IMG/VR virus record: IMGVR_UViG_3300033069_001022
Span: 1 to 26,959 of that record
DNA: 26,959 bases
From: a virus
Lineage: Duplodnaviria; Heunggongvirae; Uroviricota; Caudoviricetes
Strand: one strand, 5' to 3'
In this document: positions 17,871 through 25,638 of the stretch, piece after piece
Position numbering within the stretch: the stretch's first letter is position 1
How the letters are laid out: each line of letters begins with the position of its first letter
Program-made: the position numbers and the translations under genes
The notes under the pieces: generated by a model
Databases searched by the model: none
What the model was told of the DNA's origin: nothing
Seen by the model: only the letters and a program-made list of their open reading frames with translations

Positions 17871-18501
17871 AGTATTTTGATTTTAAAATTATATAATGTC
17901 CTTTTGCAGTTTTTTGCCCTTTCGTATTATTTAAGGCACAACTTATATTTTTTGGTGCTGTTTCTAAAAATATACTACATTCCTTTAAAGAATTAAATTC
18001 TTTAACATATTTCTTATTTTTATCTAATATAATTATAGCTTTTGAAAAAAGATTTTTATTTATAATATCCATATCTTTTATCCATTTCTTACCCCATTCA
18101 CTATTTAATTTTCTTTTAATGCCTAGTTGAGCTAACTTCATTTTCTTTATAGTATAAGAACTATGCTTTTTACCTTTAAACCCATTGACTTTATTATCTG
18201 GATGTGTTGGTTTTAAATTATATCCAAATTTTCTATTATGAACATTTAAAATTGTAGCCCAATAGTGTTCCTGAGAACATAGAAATTCTTTTTCACACTC
18301 TTCTAATATTTCTATTTTAAATATATTACCTTTTTTATTAAATTCATTTTGTATATATTTATTATCGTGATTATTATTAATTAAAGATCTGTTATGAGAA
18401 ACTTTTCTTCTATTAAAATCATTAGTATACCCTACATATATTTTACCATTAACAAGATTTGTTATAGTATAAATACATGATATTTTATTTTTATAGGGCA
18501 T
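17833..18501 (-). CDS. GIY-YIG homing endonuclease with NUMOD3/NUMOD1-like DNA-binding repeats
   Basis: SCIYTITNL.NGKIYVGYT..F.RR..H; E.YW; GYN; GKKHS..T..KM; EFNSLKECS.FL. Confidence 0.85.
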   Translation of the reverse strand: MPYKNKISCIYTITNLVNGKIYVGYTNDFNRRKVSHNRSLINNNHDNKYIQNEFNKKGNIFKIEILEECEKEFLCSQEHYWATILNVHNRKFGYNLKPTHPDNKVNGFKGKKHSSYTIKKMKLAQLGIKRKLNSEWGKKWIKDMDIINKNLFSKAIIILDKNKKYVKEFNSLKECSIFLETAPKNISCALNNTKGQKTAKGHYIILKSKYYEGGKETETPIS

Positions 18502-18507
18502 TTTCTT

Positions 18508-18538
18508 AATAAAGCCCTGCCCAATTAAGGACAGGGCT
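18508..18538 (-). terminator. GC-rich hairpin after the SSB gene (terminator or RNA stabiliser)
   Basis: AGCCCTGTCC-TTAATT-GGGCAGGGCT stem followed by TTATT (weak U-tract). Confidence 0.6.
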
Positions 18539-18559
18539 ATAATTTAAAGTGTTAATTAA

Positions 18560-19507
18560 TTAAAAATCTGAACTATCTGAAGCTCCTACTTTTGTTTCAG
18601 TACTGGCTATAGGATCTGCTGAATCATCATACTTTTTAAAAGGTACAAGTTCAAAGTAGTCTTTACTACCATATTCACCAGTTACATTAATAGCAAATTC
18701 TTCATGCTTTTTAAGATACCTTCCTTTTGGATTATCTGTTTTATGGAACTTCTCATTTTTCCATTTCTGAATATTTTCCTCAGAGAACTTAGTAATTCTG
18801 ATAACCTTCATAATATAACCAGGTAAAGAGTCTTTCCAAACACTTTGATACTGGTTAATTTCCCCTTCTTTATCTACTGTTCTAACTTGTAAAAGCTGTA
18901 CTGTATTTAAAGCATATTCTCCCCCAACTTGTTCTTGTAATTCTTTAAAATTACCATTAAACATTTTCTTAGTGTCCAGAAGAATATTAGTGTTTGCACT
19001 AAAGAAATTAAAATCTAACCAATCTCTAAGAAAAGACATTAAATCAACTTCCCCTCTTTTAGCAATTCTATATTCCTTATCTCCATAAACTTCTACTTCT
19101 TCTGTACTCTTATTCTTCTTAGTAAAGTTAGTAAAACGCTTAGGTAAATCTTTTTCATCCAAAACCCATTGACTATCACCTACTTGGTTAACCCATTGAG
19201 TTTTTGGATTAAAATTTTCTATTTGCTCATCAGACCAATCATCTTTAGCCTTTTGGATAACATCCTCATCCTCTAAAAAGAAAGCCTTTTTAAACTTATA
19301 ACCAGTCTTTACTTCTTCAAAGTAAACATCAATCCTGGCTGTTTTAATACCATCTTTCTCTTTACAATACTCAATTTCTTCCTTATCTTCTGTATTATAA
19401 CCCAATTCTTCCAGTTTAGCTAAATCTGGATTAATAGCTATAACCTTACTTTCTGCGAATCCTACGTAGAGGTCTCCAATAATACTTTCTCTTTTTTCTC
19501 CAACCAT
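18560..19507 (-). CDS. putative single-stranded DNA-binding protein (crAss-like)
   Basis: KVIAINPD..ARIDVYF..QWVNQVG pattern, acidic tail ending SDF, position directly downstream of the AAA ATPase; assignment is largely contextual. Confidence 0.5.
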   Translation of the reverse strand: MVGEKRESIIGDLYVGFAESKVIAINPDLAKLEELGYNTEDKEEIEYCKEKDGIKTARIDVYFEEVKTGYKFKKAFFLEDEDVIQKAKDDWSDEQIENFNPKTQWVNQVGDSQWVLDEKDLPKRFTNFTKKNKSTEEVEVYGDKEYRIAKRGEVDLMSFLRDWLDFNFFSANTNILLDTKKMFNGNFKELQEQVGGEYALNTVQLLQVRTVDKEGEINQYQSVWKDSLPGYIMKVIRITKFSEENIQKWKNEKFHKTDNPKGRYLKKHEEFAINVTGEYGSKDYFELVPFKKYDDSADPIASTETKVGASDSSDF

Positions 19508-19533
19508 AATAATTTGTTTTTTTTTTTTAGTTT

Positions 19534-20205
19534 TTATTGATAATATTCTCTTACTTTCTTCACTACAACAGATAAATCATTAGGAATCTTAATATCTTCA
19601 AACATTCCAACTGGAGATTTGGCAGGATACTTTTTATACCTGTTAGTTACAAAACTAAACTCTGTTTTACTGCCTTTAGTATCTACATCAGTATATAATA
19701 CAACAGTAAATAAACCATCCATGTTTATCTGGTTATCAATCATTTTACCTGCTGTTTTCATTTTGTAAGTAACAATCTCACCTGCATCCTCTACTGCTTC
19801 AGAATGAGTTAAATAAATAATAGTCAAATCATCTCTCAATTTTTTAGATGTCTGTATTAATTTAACTATATCTTTAGCCATTACACTAAATTTTGTATAG
19901 CCTACTTCTGTAGCTTTATTTACTAAATTAAAACCCATAATATAGTTACCATCATCTATCACTACATTTTTGATATGTTTTGCATTATCAGATGTAGAGA
20001 GTGTTTCTAATAAGGTTAAAATTTCTTTAGCATCCTCAACTTCTCGATAATTCTTATTATCAGTATTATAAAGTTTTTCACTACCTTTAAAAGGTAATTC
20101 TTTACCTGCTACATTAATAATATAAGTATTTTTTGGGTCTAAATTCTTAATACCTGTAGATTTTCCTGACCCTGGATCACCTACTACTGCGATTAATTTA
20201 CTCAT
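19534..20205 (-). CDS. AAA-family ATPase (AAA_24/Sak4-like recombinase)
   Basis: Walker A GDPGSGKST, Walker B VVIDD, and LTHSE / F.VVLYT / AKSP.GMF motifs. Confidence 0.8.
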   Translation of the reverse strand: MSKLIAVVGDPGSGKSTGIKNLDPKNTYIINVAGKELPFKGSEKLYNTDNKNYREVEDAKEILTLLETLSTSDNAKHIKNVVIDDGNYIMGFNLVNKATEVGYTKFSVMAKDIVKLIQTSKKLRDDLTIIYLTHSEAVEDAGEIVTYKMKTAGKMIDNQINMDGLFTVVLYTDVDTKGSKTEFSFVTNRYKKYPAKSPVGMFEDIKIPNDLSVVVKKVREYYQ

Positions 20206-20221
20206 GTTTATTATTTTTTTA

Positions 20222-20252
20222 CAAATATACTATTTTATTTTAGATTTACAAA
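20222..20252 (-). promoter_or_regulatory. consensus Bacteroidota promoter upstream of the ATPase-SSB pair
   Basis: TTTG (20252-20249), N19, TATATTTG (20229-20222). Confidence 0.75.
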
Positions 20253-20330
20253 ATATCTTTTAAAGTTTTCCAGTCCCACATCTCGTTAAAAAAGGCATTC
20301 TTTGCAATAGGAAATCCTGCAATAATTGGT

Positions 20331-20492
20331 CTAATTTTTTCTTTCTTCTTTTTCTTCATATATTGTTTTTATTAATAAATCAATTTTGTTTTTAAAATTT
20401 TGTTTCATTAACTCTATTATTCCTGTATTGTCTCCTAAATAATTAGCCCAAGCATTGTAATCATCTAATATGTCTTGTTTTATTTTAAGCAT
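20331..20492 (-). CDS. small hypothetical protein (53 aa; below track threshold)
   Basis: Manual translation MLKIKQDILDDYNAWANYLGDNTGIIELMKQNFKNKIDLLIKTIYEEKEERKN*; start overlaps the upstream stop. Confidence 0.4.
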   Translation of the reverse strand: MLKIKQDILDDYNAWANYLGDNTGIIELMKQNFKNKIDLLIKTIYEEKEERKN

Positions 20493-20890
20493 TTTATTAC
20501 CTTTATAGCTTTGGAAACTATTTCTTTGTCATTTTTAAGATATTCAGTTCCTTTTGGTATAATACATTTAACTAATTTAAGATCTGTATATCTATCTAAA
20601 CCAGTAATGTATTCTGGCGTATTTTCAGCTATTTCCTTTGTTAAATAAGCATGAAAACCTTTATTAATTTCATAATAATTAGTAAAACAACCTGTATCAT
20701 AAGTAAATTCAATTACTCTATATACTTTATTAGATTTATATACAAATTCCTGATAATAAGCATAGAACCTTTTCCACATTCCAAAGAATCTTGATTTATA
20801 TCCCATTACTTTGTAAACAACCATATCTTCCCGAGCTATTTCGATATGCTCTTCAAATGTTTCTTTTGTTTTTTTTAAATTTAAACACAT
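20480..20890 (-). CDS. hypothetical phage protein
   Basis: IA.ED..VYK...GFHAY...CIIPKG..Y pattern of a recurrent small phage domain of unknown function. Confidence 0.7.
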   Translation of the reverse strand: MCLNLKKTKETFEEHIEIAREDMVVYKVMGYKSRFFGMWKRFYAYYQEFVYKSNKVYRVIEFTYDTGCFTNYYEINKGFHAYLTKEIAENTPEYITGLDRYTDLKLVKCIIPKGTEYLKNDKEIVSKAIKVIKCLK

Positions 20891-22221
20891 AATTTATTTT
20901 TTATTGCGTTGTAAATATTATTATTGTACTTTGTCCAGGTTATATTCTTGAGCATCCATTGAAGATAGTCATTGGGTATTTGAGATACTCTTTTACCACC
21001 ATGTTTGCCAAAAGTTACTTCAGGATCTGTAACATCTTTTTGTTCACTTTCTTCTGTTTTTGTACCTATTTGGTCTATTGGTATACCAGTTAAAAGTTTA
21101 CCTCCTTCACCATATAATTTCCAAATCTTTTCTTTTTTGTAATATAGAGATTCTAGTCTACCAAATCTATCTATATTACCTACAAAATCTACTATAAGAC
21201 AATCCTGTTTTAAAGGGTGAATTCTGGTTCCCCTAGCCATAGCCTGATAAAACCATGATAATGAAGCTGTTGATCTTCCAACTATAATACAGTCTAATTG
21301 TGGATGGTCAAAACCTACAGATAAAACATTAACATTAATAACTACTCTTATAGATAAAGCTTTAAAACCATCTATTATTCTTTTTCTTTCTTTTTTATCC
21401 ATATCTCCCCATACAGCTTCTGCACCAGGGATTTTCTTAGCTAAAGCCTTAGCCTCTGATACAGAAGGGACAAAAATTAAAATACTTTTTCTATCTACGG
21501 CTCTATCTACTCTATCTAAAATAGCTTCTTCTACATTATTGAAAATATAAGCTCTCTGTATAGATTCTTCAGTATATTCGGCTTTTGTGCTGTTAAAAAC
21601 AAGCAAATCCTTATTAAATAAGTGACTTTCATATATTAAAGGACTCCAGTATTTTTTTTCAACCATTTCCTGTATCTGACAAACATGAATGATTTCTTTG
21701 AAAAGATTACCTTTTTTACTCCTTGAGGTAAGAATTTTCAGAATAGAATAACTCTGCATATTAAAAGAGTTAGTTTGTAACTTCAGAGGAGTAGCTGTAA
21801 AACCTAATATATGACTTATCTGGCTATCTTTAAGGAATTTACCCAACATACTATCCATATCTCGTGGGTAGCGGTCAGCCTCATCTATGGCTAATTTGTA
21901 ACCCCTAAAAGAGGCTCCTAGTAACTTTATACTACCTATGGTTGCATAGACCAGGTTTCCCATCTCTTTTCTTCCTAATGAGGCTGAGAATACTGCTGCA
22001 TCACCTCCTAATAATCTAAGTTTTTCTAAATTCTGCTCCAAAAGTTCTGCTGAAGGTTGTAATACCAGCATTTTCTCCCCCACTTCATGAGCTATCTTAC
22101 TGATAAGGATACTTTTTCCAAACGCACAAGGGGCAAGAATAATAGAAGGTACTGATTTCTTCTGTTTGAAAAAATCAATACCTTTTTGTACTGGTTCTAT
22201 TTGGTTATCTCTTAACTCCAT
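20881..22221 (-). CDS. SF2 DEAD/DEAH-like helicase (YejH/UvsW-like) with C-terminal DUF3820-like domain
   Basis: LRDNQ, APCAFGKS, IDEAD, GFTATP, LSVGFDHP, QAMARGTR; C-terminal FGKHGG..V..IP.DYL.W. Confidence 0.88.
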   Translation of the reverse strand: MELRDNQIEPVQKGIDFFKQKKSVPSIILAPCAFGKSILISKIAHEVGEKMLVLQPSAELLEQNLEKLRLLGGDAAVFSASLGRKEMGNLVYATIGSIKLLGASFRGYKLAIDEADRYPRDMDSMLGKFLKDSQISHILGFTATPLKLQTNSFNMQSYSILKILTSRSKKGNLFKEIIHVCQIQEMVEKKYWSPLIYESHLFNKDLLVFNSTKAEYTEESIQRAYIFNNVEEAILDRVDRAVDRKSILIFVPSVSEAKALAKKIPGAEAVWGDMDKKERKRIIDGFKALSIRVVINVNVLSVGFDHPQLDCIIVGRSTASLSWFYQAMARGTRIHPLKQDCLIVDFVGNIDRFGRLESLYYKKEKIWKLYGEGGKLLTGIPIDQIGTKTEESEQKDVTDPEVTFGKHGGKRVSQIPNDYLQWMLKNITWTKYNNNIYNAIKNKLCV

Positions 22222-22223
22222 AA

Positions 22224-22459
22224 TTAATATATTTCATATGCTAATGAGTTTATATTCAGAAGAAATTGTTCTAATGTTATTACTGTATAACCATTTTTTC
22301 ATACCATTCCTTACTACAATGACAATTATTTATCAAATTTATACAATGTTTTTCTTTATACACAGGGTGATCAGTATAATCATATCCATTGATATCACTT
22401 ACTTTTTTAATAGTATCTGCATTATTACCAACAAATAAAGCCGTTTTAATGTATTTCAT
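22224..22459 (-). pseudogene. frameshifted YEIY-tail gene (one A short in an A6 run)
   Basis: Frame 1 MKYIKTALF...SKEWYEKMVIQ* (22459-22280); a -1 shift at A6 (22294-22299) gives WYEKNGYTVITLEQFLLNINSLAYEIY*, which aligns with WYKDKNFEIITFQQF...TYELY of 22615-22944. Confidence 0.7.
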
Positions 22460-22628
22460 TCAATTCCAATTTAAATTTAATTTTACAAGATTCTGTAAAT
22501 TCAGGAATAGTTTTACCTGTATCCATAGCTTTTTCTAAATCCCTTTCCCATTCCTCCCAAGGATCTATTATCTCGTTATAAATAATCTCTTTTTTTGTCT
22601 TTATATCTATTACTTTAGTATAACTCAT
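22446..22628 (-). CDS. small protein of the YEIY array (degenerate tail NEIH)
   Basis: 60 aa; start MSYTK lies within the upstream YELY* motif. Confidence 0.65.
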   Translation of the reverse strand: MSYTKVIDIKTKKEIIYNEIIDPWEEWERDLEKAMDTGKTIPEFTESCKIKFKLELNEIH

Positions 22629-22944
22629 ATGTAGGAATATTACAATCTATAAATTGTTGGAAAGTAATTATTTCAAAATTTTTATCTTTATACCAACCAT
22701 TAGTTAATTTTTCATGACAGACACTAGTATCTTTTCCTAGATCATATCTACCTACTCTGCTAATTTCATAACTACTTTCCATTTCTAATAAATTTTGCAA
22801 AGTTATATCTTTACATTTTATACCTCCAAATGTCAAAACAGGGAGTGCCTCCCCAATCATGTTTAAAAACTTTAATTTTTCTTCTAAACCATTACATTCT
22901 ACGGCTACTCTATGTGTAGCTACATATTCTTTAGTATATTTCAT
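22615..22944 (-). CDS. small protein with YELY tail
   Basis: Probable start ATG 22944 (MKYTK) inside the upstream motif, matching the pattern of its neighbours. Confidence 0.75.
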   Translation of the reverse strand: MKYTKEYVATHRVAVECNGLEEKLKFLNMIGEALPVLTFGGIKCKDITLQNLLEMESSYEISRVGRYDLGKDTSVCHEKLTNGWYKDKNFEIITFQQFIDCNIPTYELY

Positions 22945-23149
22945 ATTGATCAATAGTAATTTTTTTTACATTTTTTGAACAAACACACAGTTCTTCATAA
23001 GTAGTAAATACCCCTTCTCCATTATGATTTGTTATCCATATATCATCTCCACTATCTATATAAGAAAACTCTCCTTTTAAATTAACACCCTCACTTGTAT
23101 AACTATAATTTCCAATAAACTCTAATAATTCTCCTTTAATATATTTCAT
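22931..23149 (-). CDS. small YEIY-tail protein (paralog of 23136-23366)
   Basis: 72 aa; shares G.LL.F..Y.YT..GV.L.G..WI..HNG.G..EELC with its neighbour. Confidence 0.8.
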   Translation of the reverse strand: MKYIKGELLEFIGNYSYTSEGVNLKGEFSYIDSGDDIWITNHNGEGVFTTYEELCVCSKNVKKITIDQYEIY

Positions 23150-23366
23150 AGTTTAGTGATTTATTTAAAATTACAGGAGTTATACTTTTACTTAAACATA
23201 GTTCTTCAGTATTTCTCCAATGTCCATTTCCATTATGTTTAATAATCCAAAAATCTCCAGTACCGTTCTTCTCTTTATATTTAAGTACTCCTATTAATGA
23301 GACTCCTTTATCAGTATATTCAGTGTCGTCACCAAAATCTAATAAATCTCCTATATTATATTCCAT
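23136..23366 (-). CDS. small YEIY-tail protein (paralog of 22931-23149)
   Basis: 76 aa; ends SLNYEIY. Confidence 0.8.
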   Translation of the reverse strand: MEYNIGDLLDFGDDTEYTDKGVSLIGVLKYKEKNGTGDFWIIKHNGNGHWRNTEELCLSKSITPVILNKSLNYEIY

Positions 23367-23368
23367 AA

Positions 23369-23614
23369 TTAGTATATTTCATAATTTAATGATTCTTGAT
23401 TTGCATAACACATAAATTGTAAATATCCACTATTTAAATGCTTTAATAACTTATCCGTTGTATATGAGTTTCTTTGGGCAGTAGGATATTCTTTTTGATT
23501 TATATAATCTCTAATATAAGTAATTTCTCCTTCTACTTTACATACCCACCATTTAGTGTATTCTGGTCCAGGGACATAAACTACATTTAATATATTATCT
23601 TTAGTAAATTTCAT
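23369..23614 (-). CDS. small YEIY-tail protein (similar to 23601-23831)
   Basis: 81 aa; MKFTKDNI start, LN.G near the C-terminus, ends SLNYEIY. Confidence 0.8.
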   Translation of the reverse strand: MKFTKDNILNVVYVPGPEYTKWWVCKVEGEITYIRDYINQKEYPTAQRNSYTTDKLLKHLNSGYLQFMCYANQESLNYEIY

Positions 23615-23831
23615 AATTATCTGTTTTTACAATATAACCTTCTGGTTTCCAAGTTCCTTTATTTAAAAAGTTTAGACACTCCTTTAAATCCCAACTTCTA
23701 TCATCTAATGCTGATAAATGATATCCATATGCTAAACCTGCTTGTGTATTAACACCTGTTATAGTATACCAAGGCAACCTGTTTTCATAACTAAATTGTA
23801 ATCCTATTATATTATCCTTAGTATATTTCAT
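23601..23831 (-). CDS. small YEIY-tail protein
   Basis: 76 aa; MKYTKDNI start, ends DNYEIY. Confidence 0.8.
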   Translation of the reverse strand: MKYTKDNIIGLQFSYENRLPWYTITGVNTQAGLAYGYHLSALDDRSWDLKECLNFLNKGTWKPEGYIVKTDNYEIY

Positions 23832-24087
23832 AGTTTTCTAGTTTTATATTTTTTAATTTATAAATTTCTTCTAAAGTAGCCAATCTAAATAGATGAAATC
23901 CATTACCAGGAACAAAATTATCAGTTCCTTTAGTTATCTGCCCAGCATTCCACCAAGTACTGCTTTCTCCTTCTTTAAATATATACCAACCCTGTTCGGG
24001 ATATATTGTAGCATATATTGTTCCCTTACTTAAATCTTTATATGCTATATCACACCCTTGTTCTTGTTGAAATATTTTTTCTTTCAT
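23818..24087 (-). CDS. small YEIY-tail protein
   Basis: 89 aa; FRLATLEEI..ENYEIY. Confidence 0.8.
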   Translation of the reverse strand: MKEKIFQQEQGCDIAYKDLSKGTIYATIYPEQGWYIFKEGESSTWWNAGQITKGTDNFVPGNGFHLFRLATLEEIYKLKNIKLENYEIY

Positions 24088-24090
24088 AAT

Positions 24091-24300
24091 TTAATATATT
24101 TCATAATTATAATTTTTTTTCCAGATTTTTACAAGTATTCTGGCTTTATCAAAAGAGAATTCACCTTCTAATTTATCATATGTATTCTGTGTATTAGATA
24201 GTTTACCATCATTAAGAATATCTTTCAATTGTTTCTCACTCATATCACTATTTTCATATGCATATTTAAGTTCTTCTATTGTATTATAGTATTTTTTCAT
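24091..24300 (-). CDS. small YEIY-tail protein
   Basis: 69 aa; ATGA overlap with the helicase stop; ends NYNYEIY. Confidence 0.75.
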   Translation of the reverse strand: MKKYYNTIEELKYAYENSDMSEKQLKDILNDGKLSNTQNTYDKLEGEFSFDKARILVKIWKKNYNYEIY

Positions 24301-24593
24301 TTTTTAAAATATGTATTGTTTAAAACTGCTTCATAATCAGATTCCCTAATATCTTGTTTTTTAATTAGTTCTTTAAAAGTACCCACTTCAGGTTGAAAGG
24401 CAAGTCCTATTCTTATATCATCTGAGCCATAACTATTTTTTAGTATTTTAAGGCTCCTATATTTCTTTTTACCCTCATAATCTCTTAATTTAGCTAGATC
24501 ATAACCAGAAGGACATTCTACTTTATATCTCATAGGGTCAAAAAGACTTAGAACTACATCTGCATTTTCCTGTGTAGAGCCTGTCTCTTTAAA
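24297..24593 (-). CDS. DnaB-like replicative helicase, exon 2
   Basis: FKETGSTQENADVVLSL..ILKNSYG (SF4 motif H4/arginine-finger region); the track's Met is the intron's terminal AUG. Confidence 0.88.
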   Translation of the reverse strand, partial: FKETGSTQENADVVLSLFDPMRYKVECPSGYDLAKLRDYEGKKKYRSLKILKNSYGSDDIRIGLAFQPEVGTFKELIKKQDIRESDYEAVLNNTYFKK

Positions 24594-24812
24594 CATTTTG
24601 TTATCATAGAAGCTCTTTATCTTCTATATCTGTAATTTTTTATATATTTACAGTTCAGACTATCTCTTCATCTTTTTAAGATGTTCCGCTTTCTTGGAAG
24701 AATTATAGCATCAGCATTATCTGTTAAGCATCACTTCTAGTCGTTAGGCATTTATAAGTATTTCTACTTAATTTAGCACGGGATTGTCCATTTCACTATG
24801 GAGTTTCCCCGT

Positions 24813-25568
24813 TTAACGGAATTTATCGAGAACTTTATATAACATACAATCTATTCCTCTAACATAAGGACTTATAATCTGAAAAAATAAACTTATAGAT
24901 TTTTGTTTAACTCTTATACTATTATTTCCTTGAACAGTAGCTATAATATTAAACTTATTCTTTAAAAGAATACAAAAATCTTCTAACTCTTCTTTTTTAA
25001 AAGAGCAAGTTGATATAGTTGTAGTGTATTTAGAATAGTTTCCATCATCCATATACATATAAGCTAAAGATATAGCAGTAAAATTCTGCTGTAAATAATC
25101 TATTGGTAGAATTTTAATTCCTTCTATATAGAAAATATCTCTTAAATCCTTTAGCTCTTTATATGATAATGATGTATAAGTTATCTTTTTATAAATTTTT
25201 CCAGATCTTTTATCAGTATTTTGTACCTCTTTTAGGTAAGAAGACTTAATAGGTTCTAACTTTTTTACTTTGTGCAACAAATAATCTCTCTGTTCTAAAC
25301 AATGAGCAAAATTAATATAGGAAGAATTACCTTTATTAGAAAGGTAAGCATCTCCTAATATCATTCCAATTAACATTTGTTTTTGAAATGCTTTTAACTT
25401 TACTCTGTTAGATTTTATTTTATGAGGCTTGAGAGCATATTTATCACATAAGTACTTTAAAGTGGTTCTAGGAATATTAAGTAATTTAGAGACTTTTCTA
25501 TTTCCATTACCTTCTTTCCATAACTTTTTAATTTCTTCTATCTTATGTTCGTGATTACATTTTATCAT
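24813..25568 (-). CDS. intron-encoded LAGLIDADG endonuclease (LAGLIDADG_2-like) with N-terminal HTH
   Basis: QMLIGMILGDAYL, HC..Q.DYL..K, ISLAYMYMDDG; the ORF lies in loop L1 and its 3' end encodes the IGS. Confidence 0.88.
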   Translation of the reverse strand: MIKCNHEHKIEEIKKLWKEGNGNRKVSKLLNIPRTTLKYLCDKYALKPHKIKSNRVKLKAFQKQMLIGMILGDAYLSNKGNSSYINFAHCLEQRDYLLHKVKKLEPIKSSYLKEVQNTDKRSGKIYKKITYTSLSYKELKDLRDIFYIEGIKILPIDYLQQNFTAISLAYMYMDDGNYSKYTTTISTCSFKKEELEDFCILLKNKFNIIATVQGNNSIRVKQKSISLFFQIISPYVRGIDCMLYKVLDKFR

Positions 25569-25572
25569 ACCA

Positions 25573-25604
25573 CAAACATAGGTACTAAATACTGAATTTC
25601 CAAA
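25573..25604 (-). promoter_or_regulatory. Bacteroidota promoter inside the helicase intron
   Basis: TTTG (25604-25601), N20, TATGTTTG (25580-25573); ATG 4 nt after the -7 box. Confidence 0.7.
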
Positions 25605-25638
25605 TAATAATTGTTAAATTGTTGTTAATACTTTGTCA

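Larger units (their letters stand above)
24594..25638 (-). mobile_element. group I intron (1045 nt) in the DnaB-like helicase gene
   Basis: 5' splice after U (GAGGAU); IGS GUUCUC (24833-24828); P10 UAAA/UUUA; P AAACGGGGAA; Q AAUCCCGUG; R AACGACUAG; S AAGAGAUAGUCUG; terminal G; removal gives EPRLED|FKETG and a 356-aa protein. Confidence 0.93.

Noticed and set aside
20246-20359. 37-aa ORF MKKKKKEKIRPIIAGFPIAKNAFFNEMWDWKTLKDIL
   Set aside because: It overlaps the 20331-20492 ORF and the -33 promoter box and has no supporting motif; it cannot be distinguished from chance
9864-25638. Stop-codon reassignment (TAG at 9864 and TGA at 25636 break conserved genes; some crAss-like phages recode stops)
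   Set aside because: Long genes such as polA and rIIA are intact under code 11, and both breaks are explained exactly by group I introns with frame-restoring junctions
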